In this document: piece by piece, positions 20,261-30,401 of the stretch
Position numbering within the stretch: position 1 is the stretch's first letter
How the letters are laid out: the number at the start of each line of letters is the position of its first letter
Assembly: GCA_020724865.1 (NCBI GenBank)
Contig: DYGA01000005.1
Coordinates: forward strand, 4,094-68,093
Direction: 5' to 3'
DNA length: 64,000 nucleotides
From: Candidatus Paceibacter sp.
GTDB lineage: Bacteria; Patescibacteriota; Patescibacteriia; S139-126
Made by a program: the position numbers and the translations under genes
The notes under the pieces: model-generated
The model's input: only the letters and a program-made list of their open reading frames with translations
What the model was told of the DNA's origin: nothing
Database searches by the model: none

Positions 20261-20347
20261 TGACAAAATTAATTATTTTGTTAGCATAAGTAAATTGCGA
20301 TCTTTAATAATTAACAAATATCATTCATAAATTTATGGAGGTCACTC

Positions 20348-21733
20348 TTGGAAACTGTATCTTTTTCTTGGCTGGTCATATTGCCTTTTGCTCTAATGTT
20401 GAGCATTATTGCCATTTTTCCTTTATGGAAAAAAACTGCCCATCGTTGGGAAAAAAATTCCTTTAAGTTATTGTTGGCTTTATTGTTGGGAATCCCTGTA
20501 GCAGTTTGGATGTTGATAATAGGTCAAACAGAATCAGTTATTCACGCCCTAGTTGAATATGGTCAATTTATCATATTACTCACAACCTTATTTGTTATTT
20601 CTGGTAATGTTTTTTTGCAAGGCGATATTGAAGCCACTCCCATAACCAATGTTAAATTTTTAGCTGTTGGGGGGATCCTGGCTTCTTTTATTGGCACTAC
20701 CGGTGCGGCAATGATTCTGATTAGACCATTGTTAAATACCAATAAGGAAAGAAAGTATGTTGTGCATACGGTTATATTTTTTATTTTTATTGTCGCCAAT
20801 TGTGGCGGACTGCTGACACCCCTTGGTGATCCGCCTTTATTTTTAGGAATGTTACGAGGGGTTCCGTTTAGCTGGACTTTTAGTTTATGGTCAGAATGGT
20901 TGTTTGTAGTTGGAGTTTTATTGCTGTTATATTTTTTAATGGATAATTATTATTATAGTTTGGAACCGACCAGTAATATTGTTAAAGATCAAACTCACAT
21001 TCTGCCGATTAAATTGGTTGGAAAAAGAAATTTACTTCTTTTGTTGGGGGTAGTTCTGTCGGTAGCATTTTTGCCGTCAATTGATTTAACTGCATATCAT
21101 CACAGTCATAATTTATCAGCACTTTTACCGGTTCGGGAAATTATTATGGGAATACTTATATTTTTATCGTTACGCGGTCCGCAGGTGGCTCGTCAGCAAA
21201 ATGAATTTAATTATCACGCTATTCAAGAGGTAGCCGCTTTATTTATTGGTATATTTTTAACTATGATTCCCGCTTTGATGTATCTGCGTCAGGTAGCACC
21301 GACTCTTCCTTTGAATGAAGTTACTTTTTTTATTTTTACCGGTGGTTTAAGTTCAGTTTTAGATAATGCGCCAACTTATCTGACTTTTTTTGAGATGGCC
21401 CAAGCCATGGGCGGAAATCCGAGTGTAGCTGGTGTTTATGAACCTTATTTGATTTCCATTTCATTGGGAGCGGTTTTCTGTGGAGCTATGACTTATATTG
21501 GCAACGGACCTAATTTTATGGTTAAAGCTATAGCTGAAGAAAGAAAGATAGCCATGCCTTCATTTATTGGTTATTTAAAATGGTCAGTGACTATTTTGGT
21601 ACCTTTATTTTCTGTTTTGGTAATGATATTTATTGTTGGTGGTTGGTGGGCTGTGGTTGGCTCTAGTATCTTAGCTTTGTATGTATTGTTCTTTTTATAT
21701 CTAAATTATTTTAAAAAAACAGCTTTGGTTTAA
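20348..21733 (+). CDS. Polytopic membrane permease, putative ArsB/NhaD-superfamily ion transporter
   Basis: A 461-aa protein with about 12 TM segments. It starts at TTG 7 nt after a GGAGG RBS. Family assignment rests on topology and gestalt only. Confidence 0.35.
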   Translation: METVSFSWLVILPFALMLSIIAIFPLWKKTAHRWEKNSFKLLLALLLGIPVAVWMLIIGQTESVIHALVEYGQFIILLTTLFVISGNVFLQGDIEATPITNVKFLAVGGILASFIGTTGAAMILIRPLLNTNKERKYVVHTVIFFIFIVANCGGLLTPLGDPPLFLGMLRGVPFSWTFSLWSEWLFVVGVLLLLYFLMDNYYYSLEPTSNIVKDQTHILPIKLVGKRNLLLLLGVVLSVAFLPSIDLTAYHHSHNLSALLPVREIIMGILIFLSLRGPQVARQQNEFNYHAIQEVAALFIGIFLTMIPALMYLRQVAPTLPLNEVTFFIFTGGLSSVLDNAPTYLTFFEMAQAMGGNPSVAGVYEPYLISISLGAVFCGAMTYIGNGPNFMVKAIAEERKIAMPSFIGYLKWSVTILVPLFSVLVMIFIVGGWWAVVGSSILALYVLFFLYLNYFKKTALV

Positions 21734-21738
21734 TATTT

Positions 21739-21766
21739 GCCCTGATTTACGTCAGGGCTTTTTTAT
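21739..21766 (+). terminator. Rho-independent terminator
   Basis: gccctgat-ttac-gtcagggc stem followed by T7. Confidence 0.8.
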
Positions 21767-21810
21767 TACTTAATAGATTATATGTTATACTTTAGTAAAT
21801 AAGTATTTTT

Positions 21811-24573
21811 ATGGATAAATCTGTTTTACAAAAAGATTTTCATAGTTTGGCTGCGTCTGAAGTGATGCAGTTATTGGAAACTTCAATTTATGGCTTATCT
21901 GCCCCAGAAGCCAAAGTTAGACAAGAAATTTTTGGCGCCAATATCTTGCCTGAAGAAAAAAAAGTATCAAAGTTGTTGATGTTTTTTTCTCAATTCAATA
22001 GTTTATTAGTTTATTTATTGTTGGCAGCGGCTGCATTGTCTTTTTATTTTGATCACTTGGTGGATGCTATAGTAATTTTTGTTGTTGTTTTATTTAATGC
22101 CATCTTTGGATTTGTACAGGAGTATCGTTCTGAAAAAGCTATAGCCGCATTGAAAAAATTAGTTAAAGATACCATAAGAATAATTCGAGCTGGTCAGCAA
22201 ATTGAAGTTGATATTGCTGAATTAGTGCCGGGAGATGTAATGTTGATAGCTGAAGGCGACAAAATTCCTGCTGATGGACGAGTGATTGAGGCAAAAAATT
22301 TATTGGTCAACGAAGCATCATTAACTGGTGAATCAATGCCGCAGCGGAAAATAATTGAGCCAGTAAAAATAAAAACTATTTTGCAGGAACGTGAAAATAT
22401 GGTTTATAGCGGCACGGTGGTGGTATCGGGTGAAGGTAAAATAGTAATCACTGCTACCGGCGTTGATACTGAGCTAGGAAAAATAGCCATTCAAGTACAA
22501 AGTTCCAGTCGAGGTAAAAGTCATTTTATGGATAAAGTTGATCAATTAGGTAAACAACTGGCTATTCTTGCTATAGTTGGTTCATTGTTAGTAGTATTAA
22601 TCGGCTGGTTCAATAATTTTACCTGGTTTGATCTGCTGTTATTTGGTATTGCTTCAGCAGTATCGGGTATTCCTGAAGGATTGCCAGTTGTTTTGGTGGT
22701 AGTATTGGCGATTGGTGTTCAACGGATGGCTAAACGTCGCGCAATTGTTAAACACTTAGCTTCGGTTGAACCTTTGGGTATGGTTGATGTAATTTGTACT
22801 GACAAAACCGGAACTTTAACAAAAAATATAATGACAGTGACAAATATTTTTTATGGTGGCAAGACCGTAGCATTGACCGGGACAGGTTATAAGTTGCAAG
22901 GTGATTTTTGGTTTGATGGAGCTAAAATTGTGCCTTTGACTGATCCGTGGTTATCACGAATGTTGATAGCTGGTTCAATTGTTCATCATTCCTCTTTGGT
23001 TTTAAAAACGGATGAGGAAAATAAAGATGAAACCATAGAAGTCGTAGGTGATCCAACAGAGGTAGCTTTGCTGATAGCTGCTCACAAAGCCGGACTTAGT
23101 AAAGAACAATTGTTGATAGATAATAAAGTTGTTGACAATTTGCCTTTTAGTTCAGATTATAAATTTCAAGCCGCTTTGGTTAGTAGTAAATTAACTGGTA
23201 ATTCTGAAGAAAAAAACATATATGCAATTGGCGCTTTAGAAACCTTATTGCCTCGTTGTAAAAAAGTGTTGTGGCAAGGCGAGGAGAAAAAAATCAGTGA
23301 CGAATTGTTAAATGAATACAAAAAAAATCATAAAAAGTTAGCCCAAGAAGGTTATCGGATTATTGCTATGGCATATCGTCAAATCAACGAAGAAAAAAAT
23401 AAACTCAACGAAATAAACCATGATGATGTTACGGGACTTACGTTACTAGGTTTATTTGCAATTATTGATCCTCCGCGAGAAGAGGTAAAAGCCGCCATTG
23501 AGTTGTGTCAGCGGGCTGGTATCAGAGTGGTTATGATTACCGGTGATAATATTGATACCGCCTTGGCTATAGGTAAACAAATTGGTTTAATTGATAAAAA
23601 ATCTGATCGTAATTATGTTTATACTGATCTGGAAATTGTTGATTATAATGATAAACAATTTTCTGAGTTAGCAAAAAATGTAAAAATTTTAGCTAGGGTT
23701 TCTCCAACAACTAAAATGCGTTTAGTTAAAGAGTTGCAAGCAGCTGGTCATACAGTGGCTATGACTGGTGATGGTGTAAATGATGCCCCAGCCTTGCAAC
23801 AGGCGGATATTGGTGTAGCCATGGGTAAAGTAGGCACTGATGTAGCCAGAGAGGCTGCGGAAATAGTTTTAACCGACGATAATTTTGCTTCATTAGTAAG
23901 TGCTGTAGAGGAAGGAAGGGCAGTGTTTAATAATGTCAGGCGCACCTCGGCATTTTTGGTTACTACCAATGTGGCAGAGTTTTTAACTTTAATAGTTATG
24001 TTGTTATTGGGTGTCGGTATGCCTTTGCTCCCCATTCAGATTTTATGGTTAAATTTGGTGACTGATGGTTTTGCTGGTATTTCATTAGCTACAGAAAAAA
24101 CTCATGGGGATGTTTTACATCGCGCACCATTTCCTCGAAATACTAAAATTTTAAATAAAGAAGTTTTTGATTTGATTTTTATCGTTGGCGTACTAATGGT
24201 TATGTGTGCAGTAGTTATAGGTTATCCGTTATTGAAAGCAGGACTTTATGAATATGGTCGTAGTTTAATTTTTGCTAGTATGTCGCTTTTACAATTATGG
24301 AATGTCTATAATTTACGCTCAATGAACAAATCTGTTTGGCGTGTAGGTTGGTTTAATAATAAATATATAAATTTTGGAGTTTTAGCTTCATTGGTTTTGA
24401 TGTTGGTGGTATTATATGTGCCTTTTTTACAAAAAGCATTTTCTTTTGTTTCTTTGACCGTCAAGGATTGGTTAATAATTATTCCTTTAACATTTTCAGT
24501 TATAGTCGGAGTAGAGATATATAAATATTTTAAATTTTATGATAAACGTTTATTTAAAAAGAGTGATGCTTGA
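21811..24573 (+). CDS. P-type ATPase, type IIA (Ca2+-transporting, SERCA/PMCA-like)
   Basis: DKTGTLT phosphorylation motif, TGDN, GDGVNDAPAL and the PEGLP TM4 motif. It is 920 aa with 10 TM. Confidence 0.88.
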   Translation: MDKSVLQKDFHSLAASEVMQLLETSIYGLSAPEAKVRQEIFGANILPEEKKVSKLLMFFSQFNSLLVYLLLAAAALSFYFDHLVDAIVIFVVVLFNAIFGFVQEYRSEKAIAALKKLVKDTIRIIRAGQQIEVDIAELVPGDVMLIAEGDKIPADGRVIEAKNLLVNEASLTGESMPQRKIIEPVKIKTILQERENMVYSGTVVVSGEGKIVITATGVDTELGKIAIQVQSSSRGKSHFMDKVDQLGKQLAILAIVGSLLVVLIGWFNNFTWFDLLLFGIASAVSGIPEGLPVVLVVVLAIGVQRMAKRRAIVKHLASVEPLGMVDVICTDKTGTLTKNIMTVTNIFYGGKTVALTGTGYKLQGDFWFDGAKIVPLTDPWLSRMLIAGSIVHHSSLVLKTDEENKDETIEVVGDPTEVALLIAAHKAGLSKEQLLIDNKVVDNLPFSSDYKFQAALVSSKLTGNSEEKNIYAIGALETLLPRCKKVLWQGEEKKISDELLNEYKKNHKKLAQEGYRIIAMAYRQINEEKNKLNEINHDDVTGLTLLGLFAIIDPPREEVKAAIELCQRAGIRVVMITGDNIDTALAIGKQIGLIDKKSDRNYVYTDLEIVDYNDKQFSELAKNVKILARVSPTTKMRLVKELQAAGHTVAMTGDGVNDAPALQQADIGVAMGKVGTDVAREAAEIVLTDDNFASLVSAVEEGRAVFNNVRRTSAFLVTTNVAEFLTLIVMLLLGVGMPLLPIQILWLNLVTDGFAGISLATEKTHGDVLHRAPFPRNTKILNKEVFDLIFIVGVLMVMCAVVIGYPLLKAGLYEYGRSLIFASMSLLQLWNVYNLRSMNKSVWRVGWFNNKYINFGVLASLVLMLVVLYVPFLQKAFSFVSLTVKDWLIIIPLTFSVIVGVEIYKYFKFYDKRLFKKSDA

Positions 24574-24597
24574 CCGAGTAAAAAATTTTGCTATAAT
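24570..24597 (+). promoter_or_regulatory. Sigma70-like promoter (TTGACC-16-TGcTATAAT) upstream of the tRNA-Asn leader
   Basis: Extended -10 TGcTATAAT at 24589-24597, with -35 TTGACC at 24570-24575. Confidence 0.4.
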
Positions 24598-24865
24598 TCG
24601 TATATGGTTAAACAAATATTAAATAATAATAATAATAATTTTTTAGAACGTCCTTAGGAGTACGGAAATTTTGTTTTATTTTAAAACCGGCTTCCTAAGG
24701 GCCGGATATTTTATTTGTAACTGGTTCAAGATTTATAAGTTTTAAAGGTAGAATATTTATCCCGCCTAGCTGGCTGCAAAGATTAATACAAAGAAGTTTT
24801 AGTTTTAAATACCGTGTTGTTAATCCCGCGACCGCGGGATCGCTTGTCCGCCCTGTTACTTTTGT

Positions 24866-24940
24866 TGCCGAGTAGTTCAAAGGTAGAACGCTACGCTGTT
24901 AACGTAGATGTTGCAGGTTCGAGTCCTGCCTCGGCAGCCA
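24866..24940 (+). tRNA. tRNA-Asn (anticodon GTT)
   Basis: Manual cloverleaf: acceptor tgccgag/ctcggca, D-arm gttc/gaac, anticodon stem ctacg/cgtag with loop ctGTTaa, T-arm gcagg-ttcgagt-cctgc, discriminator G and encoded CCA. Confidence 0.85.
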
Positions 24941-25043
24941 TAGTAACGGGGTGAATTCAAGCTCTAGCAGTCAATTTTGCGGGATAATATTTTTATATTG
25001 CAGTTTGTCACACTTTACGCGTAAGATGGCATGAAAGTCTACC

Positions 25044-25466
25044 TTGAGGGTTAAGCTAAATAAAATTGAATTGTTGGTCTATTATTTTGCCCAAAATCAA
25101 AACAACACTTATAGTGAAGATATGAGATTAATTATTTCTAAATATTACCCAGCACTATTTTGGATTAGCGTGATAATTAGCGCTGTGCTTTTGTTTATGC
25201 CAGGAGGCACTGAACCAGGGCTTCCTTATGTTGATAAGGTGGCTCATTTTTTATTGTTTGGTTGGTTGAGTTTATTGGGACTTAAAACTTATCAGCGCGT
25301 ATTTATTATTATTTCCAGTTTAATCGTTTATACAGTGCTAGCAGAATTTATCCAGTATTATTTTGTGACCAATCGAGGTTTGGAATTTATGGATGCGGTG
25401 ATGGGGATAGTGGGGATTGTGGTGGGGTGGTTTTTTTATAATCGTAAGTTTCTTAATCATAATTAA
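25044..25466 (+). CDS. VanZ-like family membrane protein
   Basis: DKVAHFLLFGWLS and EF...NRG...D.VMGIVG motifs of the VanZ domain. The true start may be the internal Met near 25122. Confidence 0.6.
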   Translation: MRVKLNKIELLVYYFAQNQNNTYSEDMRLIISKYYPALFWISVIISAVLLFMPGGTEPGLPYVDKVAHFLLFGWLSLLGLKTYQRVFIIISSLIVYTVLAEFIQYYFVTNRGLEFMDAVMGIVGIVVGWFFYNRKFLNHN

Positions 25467-25585
25467 TCTATAATTTGAATAATTATAATTATTAATTACT
25501 AATAACTAATTACTAATCAATGATTTATTTAAAAATTAAACAATTAATAGATTCATTAAAAATTAGTAATTAAAGATTAATAATT

Positions 25586-25617
25586 AAAAAACCCCGAAAT
25601 TAATTTCGGGGTTTTTA
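25586..25617. terminator. Bidirectional terminator between the VanZ gene and zupT
   Basis: aaaaaccccgaaat/atttcggggttttt perfect palindromic stem. Confidence 0.8.
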
Positions 25618-25635
25618 CTATATTCCAGGTTCTAT

Positions 25636-26403
25636 TTAGTGTCCATGCGGCGCTAAGGTTGTAACCAGATAAATTATTAATATTCCTAGTATTAGCCAGA
25701 CAGATTGCCAAGCAATATATTTTTTATTGGTTTCATGGTGCAATTCGGGCATGATATCGGCCATAGCTAGATAAAGAAACCCGCCACCAGCAATAGCTAA
25801 AAGATAGGGGATAGTATTTTCGACAGTTATAGCAAAATAATATGTTGTTATTCCACCAAATATCGCTATTAAACCAGAAAAAAAATTCCACCATAAGGCT
25901 TTGGCTTTGGTAAATCCAGAATAAATAAGTATTCCAAAATCGGCTATTTCCTGGGGAATTTCATGTAAGGTGATAACCAAAGTTGTTATAATTCCTAAAC
26001 TGGGATTGATTAAAAAGCTGGTAGCAATTAAAGCACCGTCCACAAAATTGTGAATACCATCGCCAATAAGATTTATGTAACCAATTGATTTATTATTGTG
26101 AGCATGATGAGGACCATGACAATGACAGTGGTGCCAATGTAAATATTTTTCAATCAGGAAAAAAGCCAAAATTGATAGTAAGATAATTGCCGAAAGTAAA
26201 TCAGCTTCAATTTCTGTTTCCTGATGGCTAAAAAGTTCTGGAAAAATTCCAAAAAATACTGCTCCCAATAATGCTCCAGCTGCTAAACTAATTGTGATGC
26301 GGTTAAAAATTGGGTGATCAACTTTTGCTAAGAGTAAAATACCAGTAAAAGAAATAATACTGACAGCAAAGGTAGCGAGAATGATTTGCAATAAAAGTGA
26401 CAT
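25636..26403 (-). CDS. zupT: ZIP-family zinc transporter
   Basis: His-rich loop HHCHCHGPHHAHNN, a GDGIHNFVDG motif and 8 TM. Confidence 0.85.
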   Translation of the reverse strand: MSLLLQIILATFAVSIISFTGILLLAKVDHPIFNRITISLAAGALLGAVFFGIFPELFSHQETEIEADLLSAIILLSILAFFLIEKYLHWHHCHCHGPHHAHNNKSIGYINLIGDGIHNFVDGALIATSFLINPSLGIITTLVITLHEIPQEIADFGILIYSGFTKAKALWWNFFSGLIAIFGGITTYYFAITVENTIPYLLAIAGGGFLYLAMADIMPELHHETNKKYIAWQSVWLILGILIIYLVTTLAPHGH

Positions 26404-26407
26404 AGTA

Positions 26408-26779
26408 TTAATGACAATGATTACATAGACCGCTCAAAATTAACTGGTGGGAGATATTTGTAAAATTTTTGATTTTATATTTGTGGTTACAAGGCAAACA
26501 TTCGGTGCGACCGCATCTTTGGCAAACAATGTGGTGGTGAATTTTTTTATCTAAGTAGTAAAAGGTTTCGTTATTAATAATTTCTTGAAAAATAATTTTT
26601 AGATTGGTTAAAAGTTTGAGATTGCGATAAATTGATACCAAATCAATTTGAGGTAAATATTGATAAATCTGTTTAGCTGATAGAGGAGTTTTGTATTTTT
26701 TTAAAACTTCTAAGATTAGTTGTCTAGGTGTGGTAATTTTGAAACCAGCTTGTTTTAATTTTAATTCTTGGTTAGTCAT
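26408..26779 (-). CDS. zur: Fur-family metalloregulator, probably Zur
   Basis: N-terminal winged helix, HHH...C..C and C-terminal C..C metal sites. It forms an operon with zupT. Confidence 0.75.
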   Translation of the reverse strand: MTNQELKLKQAGFKITTPRQLILEVLKKYKTPLSAKQIYQYLPQIDLVSIYRNLKLLTNLKIIFQEIINNETFYYLDKKIHHHIVCQRCGRTECLPCNHKYKIKNFTNISHQLILSGLCNHCH

Positions 26780-26783
26780 ATTT

Positions 26784-26808
26784 ATAATTGCAAATCATTT
26801 GCAATTAT
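26784..26808. promoter_or_regulatory. Candidate Zur/Fur operator: perfect 12-1-12 palindrome ATAATTGCAAAT-C-ATTTGCAATTAT
   Basis: It lies 5 bp upstream of the zur start codon, in the divergent zur / YibE-F intergenic region. Confidence 0.6.
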
Positions 26809-26882
26809 ATTATTATACCTATAATAATTTGTCAAAAAGTATTTAGTGGATAAGTTTTTTTTAATTTGTTAAAATAATTTAT

Positions 26883-27986
26883 ATGCGACATAATTTAGTT
26901 AGCAAAATATTTATTATTTTGTTTTTATTTTTTTTACCTCTGACTTTGCATGCTCAAGAAGCATATTATCGTGCTGAAGTTTTGCAAGTTATTGCCCAAG
27001 AAGATTATCAGCGCGAAGACGGTTCTTACGGCGTCAGACAACATTTGTTATTACGTATAAAAAATAATGATTTAGCAGGTAAAGAGATAGAAATTAATAA
27101 TTTAAATGATTTTGATGTTTTATCACAAAATAAATATAAAGTTGGCGATCAGGTAATTGTTGCCCATTATCAAAATCAAACCGGTGAAGATTATTATCAA
27201 ATTCAAGATTATGTGCGGACAAAAAGTTTATTTTGGTTGGTTTTAGTCTTTATTTTACTGATAATAGCAATTGGAAAATGGAAGGGTTTACGGGCATTAC
27301 TTGGGCTTTGTTTGAGTTTTGTGGTGATAATGTATTTTATGATTCCGCAAATATTAGCGGGTTATTCGCCATTGCTAATTGGTACGATTGGTTCAGTTAT
27401 TATTTTGAGCATGTTAATTTATCTGACGGAAGGCTGGCAAAAGCTTTCTCATTTATCAATTTTGTCAATCGTTGTTAGTTTAAGTATCACAGCAGTATTA
27501 GCGGTGATATTTACCAATCTGGCTAATTTATTGGGTGGAGGGAGTGATGAAATTTTATTTTTAATAGGTGTAGGAGAAAATACTATTAATTTTAAAGGTT
27601 TATTGCTCACGGGTATTATTATTGGTACTTTGGGAGTGCTGGATGATGTAGTAGTCAGTCAGATTAGTTTAGTTGAGGAAATTAAAAATGCAAACCCCAG
27701 TTTATCAAGAAAGGAAATTTTTAATCGAGCGATGAAAGTTGGAATAACACATATTGGCGCAATGACCAATACTTTGTTTTTGGCTTATGCAGGTGCGGCA
27801 TTACCTTTATTATTATTATTTAGTGTACAGAATCCACCCTTTTTAAGTTTTTTTGATGTTATAAATAATGAATTAATAGCCACTGAGATAGTTCGCACCC
27901 TCACAGGTTCGGTGGGTTTAACTTTAGCTGCGCCAATTGCTACATTGGTGGCAGTATTGTCCCAAAAAAACAGTAGCTCTAATTAA
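26883..27986 (+). CDS. YibE/F-family membrane protein
   Basis: Signal/TM, then an extracytoplasmic domain, then about 7 TM with Gly-rich motifs resembling YibE/F. It is divergent from zur. Confidence 0.4.
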   Translation: MRHNLVSKIFIILFLFFLPLTLHAQEAYYRAEVLQVIAQEDYQREDGSYGVRQHLLLRIKNNDLAGKEIEINNLNDFDVLSQNKYKVGDQVIVAHYQNQTGEDYYQIQDYVRTKSLFWLVLVFILLIIAIGKWKGLRALLGLCLSFVVIMYFMIPQILAGYSPLLIGTIGSVIILSMLIYLTEGWQKLSHLSILSIVVSLSITAVLAVIFTNLANLLGGGSDEILFLIGVGENTINFKGLLLTGIIIGTLGVLDDVVVSQISLVEEIKNANPSLSRKEIFNRAMKVGITHIGAMTNTLFLAYAGAALPLLLLFSVQNPPFLSFFDVINNELIATEIVRTLTGSVGLTLAAPIATLVAVLSQKNSSSN

Positions 27987-28020
27987 AACAAATTAAAAAT
28001 AATCTGTTATAATATACAAT

Positions 28021-29331
28021 ATGAATAAAAATAAAAATAACCATGCCCATGTAGTAGCAGTAGATATGGGATATGGTCATTTGCGAGCAGCTTATAATTT
28101 GAATGGACTGGCTGGTGGCCAAGTGTATAGTGTTAATCGTTATCGCGGCATTCCTCAAGCAGATAAAAGAATTTGGGAACAAAGTCGGAAATTTTATGAA
28201 TTTGTCTCTAAATTTAAAAATGTACCCTTGATCGGAAATAAGGCTTTTTCATATTTTGATAAATTTCAACAAATAGAAAATTTTTATCCTATCAGGGATA
28301 TGACCAAACCGACCTTACAACTTTCCCAAACCCTACAATTGATACGTCGAAAAAAATGGGGCAAACATTTTATTGATTTATTAAATAAAGATCCAAGACC
28401 ACTAGTATCTACTTTTTTTGTTACCGCTTTTATGGCTGAAGAGTTTGGTTATCGTGGAGATATATATTTGGTAGTTTGTGATGCTGATATCAGTCGGGCT
28501 TGGGCAAGTGATCAGGCTAATGTCAGTAGAATAAAATATTTTGTACCAACTGAGAGGGCGCGAACACGACTGAAAATGTATGGCGTTAGAGAAGAAAATA
28601 TATTTTTAACTGGTTTTCCTCTGCCCAAAGCCAATACCGGCTCCAAACGTTTGACTGTTTTAAAAAAAGATTTAGGTGTTAGACTGGCCAATTTGGATCC
28701 CAATGGTAAATATATAAAAACTTATGAACGTACCCTTCGTAAATATTTAGATGGTCATTTGCGTCGTACTCCTACTCGGCCACTTACTATTATGTTTGCC
28801 GTGGGAGGGGCAGGTGCGCAAAGGGAAATTGGCGTGGGTATTGTCAGAGCCTTACAAAAGAAATTAGTAGAAGACAAAGTAAAAATAATTTTGGTAGCCG
28901 GCATTCATAATGATGTAAGTAGATATTTTCGTGAAGAAATAATCAATTTAGGTTTAAGAAACGAGATCGGTAAAAGTATAAATATTATTTATGCTCCCAA
29001 TAAGCCAGCTTATTTTGAAGCTTTCAATCAGGCTTTACATCAAACTGACATCATTTGGACTAAACCCTCAGAGTTGTCTTTTTATACCGCTTTGGGATTG
29101 CCTTTTATATTAACTGAACCAATTGGCAGTCAGGAAATATGTAATCGTGGTTGGTTGGAAAAGATTGGTTCTGGTTTAAGACAAAAATCAATAGAACATA
29201 CAGCGGAATGGTTATTTGAATTGGTTGATTCTGGTTGGTTAGCGGAAGCAGCAGTTGAAGGATTTTTGGAAGCGCCTAATTTGGGTACTTACCATATCGA
29301 AGAGATCGTGCAGAAAAGTTATAAATTATAA
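28021..29331 (+). CDS. GT-B fold glycosyltransferase, MGDG-synthase/UgtP-like (GT28-like)
   Basis: N-terminal G-rich VVAVDMGYGH motif and a C-terminal FAVGGAGAQ nucleotide-sugar binding motif. It is 436 aa. Confidence 0.4.
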   Translation: MNKNKNNHAHVVAVDMGYGHLRAAYNLNGLAGGQVYSVNRYRGIPQADKRIWEQSRKFYEFVSKFKNVPLIGNKAFSYFDKFQQIENFYPIRDMTKPTLQLSQTLQLIRRKKWGKHFIDLLNKDPRPLVSTFFVTAFMAEEFGYRGDIYLVVCDADISRAWASDQANVSRIKYFVPTERARTRLKMYGVREENIFLTGFPLPKANTGSKRLTVLKKDLGVRLANLDPNGKYIKTYERTLRKYLDGHLRRTPTRPLTIMFAVGGAGAQREIGVGIVRALQKKLVEDKVKIILVAGIHNDVSRYFREEIINLGLRNEIGKSINIIYAPNKPAYFEAFNQALHQTDIIWTKPSELSFYTALGLPFILTEPIGSQEICNRGWLEKIGSGLRQKSIEHTAEWLFELVDSGWLAEAAVEGFLEAPNLGTYHIEEIVQKSYKL

Positions 29332-29353
29332 ACTTTAAATTTTATTTAAATTT

Positions 29354-29387
29354 AAAAAAACTCCTAATTGTTAGTAGGAGTTTTTTA
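29354..29387. terminator. Bidirectional terminator
   Basis: aaaaaactccta...taggagtttttt. Confidence 0.75.
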
Positions 29388-29410
29388 TATTGCTTAAAAA
29401 AATTATATGA

Positions 29411-30247
29411 TTAAGTATTGTAATATTTCAGTTCTACTTGTCCGGTAGCTGAGATAACCAGATAAGTACAATGACCCGGTTCTATCCAATCGCCAGAGTT
29501 GTAAAAATATTTTTTAACTTTTTCCTTTGGTTGATTTTTTAAAGATAAATATTCACTGACATTTATAAGATTAATAGGTAGTTTAAAATATTTTTTTTGT
29601 TTTACAATCCATTCTAAAATTTTAGGTTCATGGGTATGACCCAATATTAATCCTTGATATTTTCTTTTTTTCAGATAACGTTGACAACGTTTTTCATAAA
29701 GATTTGACCAATTGGTATAACGACGAAAAATACGAACAATATTTTCCGTCAAACCAATGCCCAAAAAATTATCAAAAGCAATAGTGACCCGATAACCTAT
29801 ATCAGACCAATCTGAGGCTAGCTTATGTTCAGCAATAAAAGTGTCAAACATGTGTCCGTGATTTACCAAATAAACAGAATTATTTTGCTTCAGTTGAAAA
29901 GCTGGTAAGATGTTGATATCATTTAAACCAATTTTATTGAGAAAAGAATAAAGATAATTTTTTTGATTAGCGGTTAGAGGGTCGTGATTACCTAAAATGT
30001 AAATAATTTTTGTTCCCATTTGGTTTATTTTGACCAGTTTAGTCAAAATTTCTTGATGACGTTCAATAATTTTTTGGAAAAATTGCCAATTTAAATCAAA
30101 AATATCACCATTTAGTATAAGCTTATCAAATGGTTTATTTGCTAATAATTCATCAAGAAACTGATTTATTTTTTTTATTTGTGTACCCGGAAAGCCTAAA
30201 TGCCAGTCAGAAACAACTAAAATGTCTGAAGGTGTAATATTTATCAT
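29411..30247 (-). CDS. Calcineurin-like metallophosphoesterase
   Basis: DWHLG, GDIFD, GNHD and GHTH metal-binding motifs. Confidence 0.7.
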   Translation of the reverse strand: MINITPSDILVVSDWHLGFPGTQIKKINQFLDELLANKPFDKLILNGDIFDLNWQFFQKIIERHQEILTKLVKINQMGTKIIYILGNHDPLTANQKNYLYSFLNKIGLNDINILPAFQLKQNNSVYLVNHGHMFDTFIAEHKLASDWSDIGYRVTIAFDNFLGIGLTENIVRIFRRYTNWSNLYEKRCQRYLKKRKYQGLILGHTHEPKILEWIVKQKKYFKLPINLINVSEYLSLKNQPKEKVKKYFYNSGDWIEPGHCTYLVISATGQVELKYYNT

Positions 30248-30284
30248 AGGTGTATTTTAGCATTTTTTTTATGATCAATAAACT

Positions 30285-30313
30285 TTGACTTTTTGCCTAA
30301 AAATAAGTAGAAT
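30285..30313 (+). promoter_or_regulatory. Sigma70-like promoter TTGACT-17-TAGAAT upstream of asnS
   Basis: -35 at 30285-30290, -10 at 30308-30313. Confidence 0.45.
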
Positions 30314-30320
30314 TTAGATA

Positions 30321-30390
30321 ATAATTATAAATTTTTAAATATAAATTATAAATCAAAATTAAATTTTAAAATTTATAATTTATAATTTTC
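30321..30390. repeat. AT-only long inverted repeat element (aattataaattttt ... aaaatttataatt) in the asnS leader
   Basis: The arms are reverse complements. A related element sits at 57455-57530. Confidence 0.5.
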
Positions 30391-30401
30391 AATTTAATTT
30401 T

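Noticed and set aside
24695-24880. A 61-aa minus-strand ORF.
   Set aside because: It overlaps the tRNA-Asn 5' end and the leader hairpins, and has no RBS. It is more likely non-coding.
30321-30401. A T-box riboswitch upstream of asnS.
   Set aside because: No T-box consensus (AATTAGGGTGGNACCGCG) or specifier/antiterminator architecture is present. The leader is an AT-only inverted repeat instead.
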